A stretch of 64,000 bases of DNA from assembly GCA_047150005.1 (NCBI GenBank), contig AP038806.1, positions 224,001 to 288,000 on the forward strand, given 5' to 3'. The position numbers and the translations under genes are program-made. The notes under the pieces were generated by a model. That model ran no database searches and had not been told where the DNA came from. It saw only the letters and a program-made list of their open reading frames with translations. The DNA comes from Nitrospira sp. (lineage in GTDB: Bacteria > Nitrospirota > Nitrospiria > Nitrospirales > Nitrospiraceae). Every line of letters starts with the position of its first letter. Positions within the stretch are counted from its first letter, which is position 1. Below, piece after piece: positions 29,873 through 39,358 of the stretch.

Positions 29873-30745
29873 ATGATGGACTATGTGAAGCCGCACGACG
29901 TCGTCAAGGATATGGTCAGTACGGGCGCGCTGAAACTGGATGTGCCGGCTTCGCATCTCGTGATCCGCGGCGCCCTGGCCGGAGCCTACCTCGGGATCGC
30001 CACCAGCATGGCCGTCACGGCGGCGGTGGAGACCGGCAGTTGGCTGGTGGGGTCGCTGTTGTTCCCGATCGGCCTGTGCATCGCAATCCTGCTGCGGACC
30101 GAGATCATCACCGGCAGCTTTGCCTTGCTGCCCTGCGCGACGGCGGCGGGGAAGGCGAATGCTTGCGTCAGCCGGGTGCTCATCAACTGGGGTTGGGTAT
30201 TTCTCGGCAATCTGCTCGGCAGCCTCCTCTATGCCGCCATGTTGGCCATCGTGCTGACGACCGCGGGAGACGCCGGACTCTCGGCGACCGGCACCAAACT
30301 GATCGCCATCGCGGAGGCCAAGACCAACTACTACGCCTCCCACGGCTCGGCGGGCATGGTGACCGTATTCACGAAGGCCGTGCTGTGCAATTGGATGGTG
30401 AGCCTCGCCGTCGTCTTCGCGTTTGCGACGACCTCGTTGTCCGGAAAGATCCTGGCCATCTGGGGACCCACCCTGCTCTTCTTCTCACAAGGCTTCGAAC
30501 ATGCGGTCGTCAACATGTTCGTCATTCCGGTCGGCATGTTGTTGGGCGCGCACGTCACGCTGGCGGACTGGTGGATCTGGAACCAAATTCCCGTCACCCT
30601 CGGCAACCTGGTCGGCGGGATGGTGTTCACCGGCTTGGCCATCTATTTCACACACCGGACTCCGGTTGCGGTCACGGCCGCGCCGGTGATGGCGGAATCC
30701 GCAGCCGCTTCCGATCATGGGCGCGGATATTCTCCGTCATTCTAA
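29873..30745 (+). CDS. formate/nitrite transporter (FNT) family channel
   Basis: LAGAYLG, LFPIGL, EIITG, GNLLGS, LCNWMVSLA, GFEHAVVNMF, TLGNLVGG. Confidence 0.93.
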   Translation: MMDYVKPHDVVKDMVSTGALKLDVPASHLVIRGALAGAYLGIATSMAVTAAVETGSWLVGSLLFPIGLCIAILLRTEIITGSFALLPCATAAGKANACVSRVLINWGWVFLGNLLGSLLYAAMLAIVLTTAGDAGLSATGTKLIAIAEAKTNYYASHGSAGMVTVFTKAVLCNWMVSLAVVFAFATTSLSGKILAIWGPTLLFFSQGFEHAVVNMFVIPVGMLLGAHVTLADWWIWNQIPVTLGNLVGGMVFTGLAIYFTHRTPVAVTAAPVMAESAAASDHGRGYSPSF

Positions 30746-30764
30746 TGAGACAGGAGACGTTCCG

Positions 30765-32375
30765 ATGAATCACGCGCCGCTCGCCGCCGAATCTCGCGTC
30801 GCGCGACTGCGAGGGTGGCCGTTCATCCTGTTCAACATCGTCTCCGGCCTCGCGCACATGGTCGTGCTGTTCAACGCCGGCTCCTATGTGGCACTCCTTC
30901 CTCATGCAGCGGGCGATCTCGGAGGTGTGCTTCCCAGCTTCGGTACCTGGGCCCAGACGGATTTCATGATCGCGCTGGCGCTGGCGTTTCCGATCGCCCG
31001 ATGGCTCGCGTCCCGCTTCGGCGAGGTGCGGGTCTTCGTCTGGGCCTTCGTGGTCTATGCCGCCGCATCCGCGCTGTGCTCCATCGACGCCACCATCCCC
31101 ACGTTCGTCGCGGCCCGAATCCTCTTAGGACTGGCCGGCGGGCTCACCATTCCATTGGGTCAATCGCTGCTGCTCCAGGAATATCCGGACCGGCTCAAGT
31201 CGATGGGCCTGGCAATCTGGGGTCTGTTCACCTTGATGCCCTTCACCTTGGGACTCGCCACCGGCGGATGGATCGCGGACGAATGGGGGTGGCGAAGCCT
31301 GTTCTACCTCAATATCCCGCTCGCCCTTGCCGTCGCCGGGTTCACGGCGGCCCTGCTGCATCAGAGAACGTTCGAGACCCGCTCGGAGCCGTTCGACTTC
31401 GTGGGATTTCTCCTGTTGGCCGTAATCCTGGGAGGCCTCCAGACCATCCTGAACGAAGGCAACGACTTCGACTGGTTCGACGACCCGCTTCTACGGATCG
31501 TGCTGATGGTCGTGCTGGCCGCGATTCCAATCTGGATCGTCTGGGAACTCGGCGAACGCCGCCCGGCCGTCGATCTGCGGCTGTTCACACATCGGAATTT
31601 CGCCGTCGGCGTCCTGTGCCTCGCGCTGGGGTTCCTGTCTATTCAGGGACTACTGGCACTGTTCGTCGTCCAGTTGCAAGTGCTCATGGGATACTCGTCG
31701 ACCCTCGCCGGTCTGGTGTTTGTGCCCATGATTCTCCTGGGCATTCCGATGATTGCCGTCGTGCATGAAATCGCCAAGCACGTGGACGTCAGGCTGCTGG
31801 CCAGTCTCAACGCCCTCGGGTTCGCGGCCACCTATTATTGGATCGGCCTGTTCGACGATCCCCAATCCTTCGATCAGATCTTTTGGCCCATGATGCTGCA
31901 GGGCATCTTTCTCGGCTCGTTCTTTACTCCCTTGACGGTGCTGACACTGCATGGCCTGTCCGGCGAGCAGATGCTACGGGCTGCCGAAGCGGCGAACATC
32001 TTCCGGATCGCGGCCGGCGCGCTCGGCATCGCATGGCAGGGTGTCGTCCTGTTCCGGCGCGCTCCCTTTCATCAGTTGCGGTTGAGCGACCACTTCGGCG
32101 GTCGGGCCTCAGCCAGTTACGACGTGCTGCGACCGGTCATGGACAAACTGGAGCACATCGGCCTCACTCCGGGCATGATCGAACGAAAACTCCAGCTGAT
32201 GATGAAGCAGGGGGCCGGCATTCTGGCGCTGAACGACGCGTTTCTTCTCTCGAGCTACCTGTGCCTCGGACTCGCCCTCGTCGTGTGGTTCGCCCGCTCC
32301 ACCCGCGAGCCTGCCGTGGGCAGGGCCGAGACGGTCAGAGCCCTGCAATCTGAAGAGCTCATGGAGCAACCATGA
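30765..32375 (+). CDS. emrB: DHA2 (EmrB/QacA) efflux MFS permease
   Basis: WLASRFG, ARILLGLAGG, GGWIADEWGWRSLFYLNIP, DWFDD, VDLRLF. Confidence 0.85.
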   Translation: MNHAPLAAESRVARLRGWPFILFNIVSGLAHMVVLFNAGSYVALLPHAAGDLGGVLPSFGTWAQTDFMIALALAFPIARWLASRFGEVRVFVWAFVVYAAASALCSIDATIPTFVAARILLGLAGGLTIPLGQSLLLQEYPDRLKSMGLAIWGLFTLMPFTLGLATGGWIADEWGWRSLFYLNIPLALAVAGFTAALLHQRTFETRSEPFDFVGFLLLAVILGGLQTILNEGNDFDWFDDPLLRIVLMVVLAAIPIWIVWELGERRPAVDLRLFTHRNFAVGVLCLALGFLSIQGLLALFVVQLQVLMGYSSTLAGLVFVPMILLGIPMIAVVHEIAKHVDVRLLASLNALGFAATYYWIGLFDDPQSFDQIFWPMMLQGIFLGSFFTPLTVLTLHGLSGEQMLRAAEAANIFRIAAGALGIAWQGVVLFRRAPFHQLRLSDHFGGRASASYDVLRPVMDKLEHIGLTPGMIERKLQLMMKQGAGILALNDAFLLSSYLCLGLALVVWFARSTREPAVGRAETVRALQSEELMEQP

Positions 32376-33883
32376 CGCAGGTCTGTCGCGCAGCCATTCG
32401 ATCACTTCTTTCGGTCGTCGGCGCCTGCGCCGTCCTGATCACCGCCGGGTGCGCCTGGATTCCCAAGGGCGATCCTCCGGCCTCCTATCTCGAGACACCC
32501 GAACTGAAGGAAACGATCGAGGAGGTGTCGAGCCGGCTGCAGAAGTGGCCCGACGACCGCTGGTGGGATCAGTTTGAGAACCCCGAATTGAACGGCCTGA
32601 TGGAGCAGGCACTGAAGGACAACCCCGGTCTGAAAGCCGCATCGGCCAGACTGCGAGAGGCTCAGGCGCTGGTCCGCGTCGAAGGCGCCAGGCTGCTGCC
32701 GTTTCTGGAGGCCGACGCCTCGCTGACCTACGAACGTATTTCCCAGCACGGAGTCTTCGCGGCCTTGAATCCCGAGGTCGCCGGCGCGCAGATTCTGCTG
32801 GGCGTCATCAACCCGCTCAGCCTCCGGTACGAATTCGACTTCTGGGGCAAGAATCGCGCGACTATTGAAGCAGCGCTGGGACAGGCGGCCGCCGAGGAAG
32901 CTGAGCGGGCCGAGATCCGCCTCCGGCTGACGACCGGAATCGCCCGCGCCTATTTCCGCGGCCAGGCCCTTCACCGGCAACTCGAATTGGTCCGCTCGAT
33001 CGTGGAACTTCGCCGGGGCCTTCGCCGACTCGCCGAAACCCGCTACCAACTCGGCCTGGATACCGATCTGGCGGTTAAACAGAGCGTCGCGGAGTATGAG
33101 GCCGCGGTCAAACGCGTGGCGGGCGTGCGGGATCAGCTGGACGTTCAACGCAACCTCCTCGCCCGCCTCATGGGAAAGGGACCGGATGAGGCGCTTCGCC
33201 TCTTCGGGAAGACCGGCGTCACCATTCCCGACCAGATTCCCGTACCGGAGCATCTGTCGATGGGATTGTTGGTGCACCGGCCCGATCTGGCAGCCGCGCT
33301 GTATCGCGCCGATTCGGCCGCCAGGATGGTGAAGGTGGCCAAGACCCAGTTCTATCCGACGATCGACCTGACCGCCTTCGTCGGGTTCAACGCGCTGACG
33401 CTCACCAAGGGAGCCGACAAGCTCGCCAACTTCCTGTTCAGCGGGCAGAGCTTTTCCTACGGCATGGCGCCGGGCCTGCGCCTGCCGATCTTCGAAGGAG
33501 GCAGGCTGCGAGGCGAGCTCGCCGCACACCGGGCGGAGTACGACGCGGCGGTCGAGCTCTACAACGACACCCTCCTCGGCGCATTGCGCGAGGTGGCGGA
33601 CAGCCTCAGCGCCTGGCAGGCCACGCGCGAGATGCTGGAGTCGCATCACCGGTTGGTCGCGGCCCTGAGTGCGGATTGGCGGCTGGCGAAGGTGCGGCTG
33701 ATCTCCGGGCTGGACGACGATCGTGAGGTCCTGCGCCACCGTTATCCGGTGCTCGAGCAGGAATATGCGATGCGGGCGCTCGAAAGTGACCAGTTGGTCG
33801 CAGCCGTGGACCTGATCGAGGCGCTCGGCGGCGGCTATCGCAACGACGACGTGAGCAAGCGGCCGGTGCAGCAGGCCGGCTGA
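32372..33883 (+). CDS. NodT/OprM-type outer-membrane efflux lipoprotein
   Basis: Lipobox TAGC; WWDQFENPELN, YEFDFWGK, RPDL, LIEALGGG. Confidence 0.92.
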   Translation: MTQVCRAAIRSLLSVVGACAVLITAGCAWIPKGDPPASYLETPELKETIEEVSSRLQKWPDDRWWDQFENPELNGLMEQALKDNPGLKAASARLREAQALVRVEGARLLPFLEADASLTYERISQHGVFAALNPEVAGAQILLGVINPLSLRYEFDFWGKNRATIEAALGQAAAEEAERAEIRLRLTTGIARAYFRGQALHRQLELVRSIVELRRGLRRLAETRYQLGLDTDLAVKQSVAEYEAAVKRVAGVRDQLDVQRNLLARLMGKGPDEALRLFGKTGVTIPDQIPVPEHLSMGLLVHRPDLAAALYRADSAARMVKVAKTQFYPTIDLTAFVGFNALTLTKGADKLANFLFSGQSFSYGMAPGLRLPIFEGGRLRGELAAHRAEYDAAVELYNDTLLGALREVADSLSAWQATREMLESHHRLVAALSADWRLAKVRLISGLDDDREVLRHRYPVLEQEYAMRALESDQLVAAVDLIEALGGGYRNDDVSKRPVQQAG

Positions 33884-33899
33884 GCATGGAACGACCAGG

Positions 33900-35384
33900 A
33901 TGATTCAGGATTCAGGAATGGACGACGCTTCACTTCGACGACAGCGCAACCGGCGCCTGCTGGCCGTGACGGCCGCGCTGATCCTGGCCGGCGCGGCCTA
34001 CGGCGCCTACTGGTGGACCGTGTCGCGCCACTGGGTCGAAACGGACAACGCCTATGTGACGGGCAACCTCGTGCCGGTCGCCGCGCAGGCGACGGGCATT
34101 ATCACGCAGGTCCTTTTCGAGGAAACCCAATTCGTGAATCGAGGCGACGTGCTGATCCGCTTGGACGAACACGAAGCCTATGCGGCTCTGGGCCGCGCGC
34201 GCGGCAGGCTCGGCGAAACGGTGCGCCGGATCAACGCATTGTTCCTCACGCAGCGGCAGGTGGGAGAGAAGCTGGCCGCCCGCCACGCCAGGCTCGAAGT
34301 GGTCCGCCACGACGTGGAGCGCTACCGCAAGGCCGCGCCGACCGGAGCCGTATCCAAGCAGACGCTGCAAAATGCCGCCGATCAACTCCAGGCGCTCGAA
34401 GCCGACCTCAGGGAAACCGAGGCGGAATACGATGCGCTGGACGCGCAGATCGGCGGCACGACCGTCATGGAACACCCGGCGGTTGAATTGGCCAAACACG
34501 AATTCATCGAGGCCCATTTGGAATATGCCCGCCAGCGGATTCTTGCGCCGGTATCCGGGTACGTCGCCAAGCGCAAGGCCCAGGTGGGCGACCGGGTGAA
34601 GCCCGGCGCGAATCTGATGACGATCGTGCCGCTCGACCACCTGTGGGTGGAGGCCAATTTGCGCGAAACCGAATTGAGCGAGATCCGGCCCGGCCAGCCG
34701 GCCGAGATCCGCGTCGATCTGTACGGAGGCAAACATACGTTTCACGGGACGGTCGAAGGCCTGGTGCCCGGCACCGGAAGCCCGTTCGCACTGTTGCCTC
34801 CCGACAATTCCACCGGCAACTTCATTCATATCATCGAGCGCGTGCCGGTCCGCATCGCCCTGGCGGCCGACGAGATCCGCGAATATCCCGTGAGGCCCGG
34901 ACTCTCGACCGTCACCAAGATTCGTGTCGGCGAACCGGGCCGGTCGGTCTGGGCTTCATTGGCCAAAGCCGATACCGACGAGTACCAGACGGACGTCTAC
35001 GGCAATGAATTGACGAGTGCCGAATCGGTGGCCCAAGGGGTAATAGCCGGCAACGTGAGGACCATCGGCTCGATCTTCGGATCGGCCGCGGCGGTCGTCC
35101 GAGCAAACGAGGATGAGACCTCGTCTCCGCGGGCGCCCACTACCCGGTCGGACCTCGGCATGTCGAACCGATCCGGCAAGCGTCCGCTTCGCCGGAGCGT
35201 CGAACAGGACTCGGGTTCCTATGTTCCGCCGAAAAGTCCGGACCTCGGCGAGACTTACGTCCCGCTCTCTCCGGCCATCGGCCCCGGCTCCGACCGACTC
35301 GGTCAGCAAGCCAGTCCTCCGGCCTTCCCACGCTCCACCGTTCCGGAACGCGGCAGGGGCGTCATGAGACCGACCGATCCGTGA
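33900..35384 (+). CDS. emrA: EmrA-type membrane fusion protein with long C-terminal tail
   Basis: ETDNAYVTGN, APVSGYVAKR, WVEANLRETEL, GSPFALLPPDNSTGNF, RVPVRI. Confidence 0.85.
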   Translation: MIQDSGMDDASLRRQRNRRLLAVTAALILAGAAYGAYWWTVSRHWVETDNAYVTGNLVPVAAQATGIITQVLFEETQFVNRGDVLIRLDEHEAYAALGRARGRLGETVRRINALFLTQRQVGEKLAARHARLEVVRHDVERYRKAAPTGAVSKQTLQNAADQLQALEADLRETEAEYDALDAQIGGTTVMEHPAVELAKHEFIEAHLEYARQRILAPVSGYVAKRKAQVGDRVKPGANLMTIVPLDHLWVEANLRETELSEIRPGQPAEIRVDLYGGKHTFHGTVEGLVPGTGSPFALLPPDNSTGNFIHIIERVPVRIALAADEIREYPVRPGLSTVTKIRVGEPGRSVWASLAKADTDEYQTDVYGNELTSAESVAQGVIAGNVRTIGSIFGSAAAVVRANEDETSSPRAPTTRSDLGMSNRSGKRPLRRSVEQDSGSYVPPKSPDLGETYVPLSPAIGPGSDRLGQQASPPAFPRSTVPERGRGVMRPTDP

Positions 35385-35411
35385 CGGGCCAGGGAGGCCC
35401 GCCTCACTACC

Positions 35412-37448
35412 ATGGTGTCCGACACTCTCAGACGCGCGGCGCCGACGCAATTGACAAGACTTCTCGGCGCTCCTTACGATGATCGCGACGATCGCATGGA
35501 GCGGCACATTCTGATGTGGCGACGAATCTCGGGACTCTTCAACGATCTGCCTATCGCGCGCAAGCTGCTTTTGACCTCCCTCATTCCTCTCGTCGCGTTC
35601 CTCGTCTTGGGATTGGACGCCTATGAGCGGCTCGAAGCCCTGACGGAGGACGAAGAACAACTCGATCGTGTGTATGTGGCGCAACGCGCCGCCGCGGAAT
35701 ACATGCGGCTGATCGTGGACTACGAAACGGGCTTCCGCGGATACGTGATGACCAGGCAGGAGGCCTACCTGGTGCCGTCAAGAAACGCGCACCAGCACAT
35801 GCCCTCGGTCGAGCAGACATTGCTGGGGTTGATCCGCCCCCACCGGCCTCAATACGAGGCCATCGAGCAGGCCCAACGCCTGGTCAAACAAATGATGGAG
35901 GAGAAGGAAAGCCTGATCCAATTGGTGAAGAGTGGACGGACGACCGAAGCGATCCACTATATCGAACAAAGCAGGGGGCGCGCCCTCATGCAACTCATCC
36001 GTGAGCATATGGCGCGGTTCGACCGCCTGGAACAGGAAGCCCTCAACGACGCGCTGGCCAACATGGCCACATCGCGCAACCAGATGGTGGCCCACATCAT
36101 GGGCGGCATCGCGCTGGTCATCGTATTGCTCATCCTGGCGCTTCAACTCATCGCCCGCTCGATCACCGGCCCGCTGATCAGCCTCGCCAAGTCGGTCCGG
36201 TCGTCCGACGCCATTCTCCCGGCCGATGTGCCGGTCCTGGCGAGACAGGACGAGTTGGGTGAATTGACCCGCGGCATGAGCACCATGAGCCGGCAGGTGC
36301 GGGAGCATCTCGCGAGTGTCCAAAAGAATCAGGCCGAACTGCGCGAGCTGAACCAGAATCTTGCGGCCTCGGATGATAAATACCGCAACATCGTCGATCA
36401 CGCGCCCTTCGGCATCTTTACGACCTCCGGAATGACGATCACCTTCAGCAATCGCTACAACAAATCCCTGGCCGGCATGAATCCCGACGAGGCGGGCGAA
36501 CCGGAAGCCTTCCGCCACTGGATCCACCCGGACGACCGCGACCGCGTGCTGCGTGAGTACGAGCAGGCGGTTGCCGACGGCATGCCGTACGAAACGGTAT
36601 TCCGCTTCGTACGGCCCGACGGCACGGTGCGCAAGGTCCTGAGCCGGCGTATTCCGATCAAGAACGCGGAAGGACAGCCCACCATGTATCAGGGGTTCAA
36701 CGTCGACATCACGGCGCTCGACGACATGCAGACGCAATTGAGTCGGGCCGAGCGGCTCGCGACGCTCGGGCAAGTGGCCGCCGGCATCGCCCACGAGATC
36801 CGCAACCCGCTCGTCGGCATCGGGTCCACCGCCTCGTTGCTGCGAGACGAGATTGATCCCTCCGATCCGAAGCGCGCCGATCTCGACATCATCCTGAACG
36901 AGACCAGACGGCTGGACCGCATCGTCAACCAGATCATCGACTATGCGCGACCTCGGGACCTGGTGCCGACCTCCTGGCTCTTCAAAGACGCCGTCGAGGA
37001 CGTCTTGAAACTCTTGGACGCGAGGATTTACGCCCAGCACGTCGCCGTGACGCAGCCGACGAACCAGGCGATCACGGTTTATGCGGACCGCGATCAGATC
37101 AAGCAGGTGCTCCTCAACCTCTGCCACAACGCGTTGGACGCGATGCCCGACGGCGGGTCCCTGCGACTTGAGGCGACCGAGACACCGCGCGACGACAAAC
37201 CGGGCGTGCTGATCGAAATTGCCGACACCGGACCCGGCATTCCGGCGCAGGCCCTGGTCCAGGTGTTCCAGCCCTTCTTCACCAGCGGCAAGCAGCATGG
37301 GACCGGCCTGGGTCTGGCGATTTGCCGCAACATCGTGGACGCGCACGGGGGCGATATCGCCCTGGTCAGCCAGATCGGGAGCGGAACGACGGCCCGGCTC
37401 TGGCTTCCGCTGAAGACATCGATGACCATGATGAGGGACATCCTATGA
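35412..37448 (+). CDS. CHASE3-HAMP-PAS sensor histidine kinase
   Basis: DYETGFRGYVMT (CHASE3), QDELGEL (HAMP), IHPDDR (PAS), AHEIRNPL, NALDAM, DTGPGI, GTGLGL. Confidence 0.93.
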   Translation: MVSDTLRRAAPTQLTRLLGAPYDDRDDRMERHILMWRRISGLFNDLPIARKLLLTSLIPLVAFLVLGLDAYERLEALTEDEEQLDRVYVAQRAAAEYMRLIVDYETGFRGYVMTRQEAYLVPSRNAHQHMPSVEQTLLGLIRPHRPQYEAIEQAQRLVKQMMEEKESLIQLVKSGRTTEAIHYIEQSRGRALMQLIREHMARFDRLEQEALNDALANMATSRNQMVAHIMGGIALVIVLLILALQLIARSITGPLISLAKSVRSSDAILPADVPVLARQDELGELTRGMSTMSRQVREHLASVQKNQAELRELNQNLAASDDKYRNIVDHAPFGIFTTSGMTITFSNRYNKSLAGMNPDEAGEPEAFRHWIHPDDRDRVLREYEQAVADGMPYETVFRFVRPDGTVRKVLSRRIPIKNAEGQPTMYQGFNVDITALDDMQTQLSRAERLATLGQVAAGIAHEIRNPLVGIGSTASLLRDEIDPSDPKRADLDIILNETRRLDRIVNQIIDYARPRDLVPTSWLFKDAVEDVLKLLDARIYAQHVAVTQPTNQAITVYADRDQIKQVLLNLCHNALDAMPDGGSLRLEATETPRDDKPGVLIEIADTGPGIPAQALVQVFQPFFTSGKQHGTGLGLAICRNIVDAHGGDIALVSQIGSGTTARLWLPLKTSMTMMRDIL

Positions 37449-38836
37449 ACGCGACCATCTTTGTCACCGACGACGAACCGGCGATCCGCTCGGCCCTCGC
37501 GAAGCGCATCACCAGGCGCAACCATCGAGTCACGGCGTTTGCCTCGGGCGAAGACCTCGTGCAGGCGCTGGAGCACGAAGTGCCGGATCTGCTGCTGCTC
37601 GACGTGAAGATGCCGGGCCTCTCCGGGTTGGATGCGCTCAAGGTCTGCCGGCTGAAGGCGCCGTTCGCGCTCGTGATCATGCTCACCGCCTACGGGACCG
37701 TTCAGGACGCCGTCGAAGCGATGAAGCTCGGCGCCTACGATTTCGTCATCAAGACCGTGGATCTCGAAGGCGTGGAGCAGGTGCTGGACCGGGCGCTCGA
37801 ACTCCTGGCGCTCCGCCGTCGCATGAGCTTCCAGTCCGAGCGGGATATGGACCAATATGCCCTGACCGAGCTGATCGCCGACAGCAACGCCATGCAGGTC
37901 CTCCTGGCGCAGATTCGGGAAATCGCCCATAACCCGAAAAGCACGGTGCTCATGCTCGGCGAAACCGGTACGGGCAAGGAATTCGTCGCGCGCGTCCTCC
38001 ACCATAACGGCAGCCGCGCGGCGAGTCCCTTCATCGGCGTCAATTGCACGGCCATTCCCAGAGAGCTGTTCGAGAGCGAGCTGTTCGGGTACGAGCGCGG
38101 CGCATTCACCGGCGCGAATCAGCGCAAGCTCGGCCTGCTCGATCGGGCGGAAGGTGGCACGCTGTTCCTCGACGAGATCGGTGATTTGGACCTCAGCATG
38201 CAGGCCAAACTCCTGAGGGTGCTGCAAGAGCGGACCTTCCGCCGCCTCGGCGGGACAGACGACATCGCGGTGGACTTCCGGCTCATCGCGGCGACCAACC
38301 GGGATCTCAAAAAAGAGATCGCCAACGGAGCGTTCCGCGAGGATCTCTACTTCCGGCTCAACGTCGTGGCGCTCGAACTGCCCCCGCTCCGTCAGCGCGT
38401 GGAGGATATTCTTCCCCTCTGCATGAAGGCGCTGATGCACTACGGCAAGGAGTTCGGGAAAGACGTCACCGACATCGACCTTGAAGCGCGGGCGCTGCTG
38501 GAGCGGTATTCGTATCCGGGCAACATCCGAGAACTCCAGAACATCATCGAGCGGGCAATGATCTTTTGCCAGGGGCGGACGCTCACCGCCAACTATCTGC
38601 CGCGTGAGCTCCACGACCAGGCCAAACAGACCACGACGACGGTCGCGCGCGGAGACGGGCATCTCATTCGGGTCGAAATGGAGGTCGGCAAGCAGACGCT
38701 GGCTGAGATCGAGGAGTCGGTGATCGAGGAAACGCTGCGGCTGGCCGACTACAACAAGAGCCTGGCGGCCAAACAGCTCGGCCTGACCCGGTTTGCGCTC
38801 GACCGCCGGTTGAAGAAAATCGAGAAGGACCGGTAG
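37445..38836 (+). CDS. sigma54-dependent response regulator (NtrC family)
   Basis: DDE, LLDVKMPG, GETGTGKE, ESELFG, GAFTGA, YPGNIREL, Fis HTH; ATGA overlap with kinase. Confidence 0.95.
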   Translation: MNATIFVTDDEPAIRSALAKRITRRNHRVTAFASGEDLVQALEHEVPDLLLLDVKMPGLSGLDALKVCRLKAPFALVIMLTAYGTVQDAVEAMKLGAYDFVIKTVDLEGVEQVLDRALELLALRRRMSFQSERDMDQYALTELIADSNAMQVLLAQIREIAHNPKSTVLMLGETGTGKEFVARVLHHNGSRAASPFIGVNCTAIPRELFESELFGYERGAFTGANQRKLGLLDRAEGGTLFLDEIGDLDLSMQAKLLRVLQERTFRRLGGTDDIAVDFRLIAATNRDLKKEIANGAFREDLYFRLNVVALELPPLRQRVEDILPLCMKALMHYGKEFGKDVTDIDLEARALLERYSYPGNIRELQNIIERAMIFCQGRTLTANYLPRELHDQAKQTTTTVARGDGHLIRVEMEVGKQTLAEIEESVIEETLRLADYNKSLAAKQLGLTRFALDRRLKKIEKDR

Positions 38837-38923
38837 GTCGGAACACATCTCCTCAGCTCAGTTGATTGGACCAGCGGTTTAGTACACCACTAGTCGCCCG
38901 TTCAATCCGGGTCGCCGGCTCCA
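38837..38923 (+). pseudogene. degenerate tRNA-Thr-like sequence (anticodon position AGT) / possible att remnant
   Basis: T-arm GCCCG-TTCAATC-CGGGT, acceptor 3' strand CGCCGGC, discriminator T, CCA; anticodon arm GCGGT-TTAGTAC-ACCAC (4/5 pairs); D-arm GCTC-AGTTGATTG-GACC (3/4 pairs); canonical 5' acceptor strand absent. Confidence 0.7.
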
Positions 38924-39043
38924 TTTTTCAACCGTTCCGCTGACCCAAAATCTCCACTCCATCCCGCAGGCTTTCTGGGAAATGGTGCGCAACACGTCCA
39001 CCCCAGCTGCCAGGGATCGATACCTGCCAGCACAATCGGGCTA

Positions 39044-39072
39044 TTGACTTCCAAATATTGAATGCATACGCT
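39044..39072 (+). promoter_or_regulatory. sigma70-like promoter in islet
   Basis: TTGACT-N17-TACGCT. Confidence 0.4.
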
Positions 39073-39358
39073 CCCGCCCCCCAATATAATACCCTTCTGC
39101 AAAGGAGTCATACATGACGCGACGAAGCTCCAATTGTGGACAGGGAAATGACCTGATAGCCCTCCTATGACTGCATGGAATTTGTTCTGTGGGGGCAAAT
39201 GTCGCAAATAACGCTCGCTGAACTTTCTCAACACCAGCATCTTTCAACTGTCTTCCCACCGAACCAGGTGCCACTGATCTATAGCACGGCACTGCCAACC
39301 CCGCCCATGGAGTCTGGTGCGAAGGTTCAAGGAGTGAACGAGATCTAGAGCGGAGGTA

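Noticed and set aside
38863..38891. TGATTGGACC...GTACACCACT resembling an IS3-type end
   Set aside because: No partner inverted repeat or transposase; better explained by the tRNA-like fold
38902..39240. 112-aa minus-strand ORF
   Set aside because: Its end (KNGAGDPD) is the reverse complement of the tRNA-like 3' half; no protein-like features
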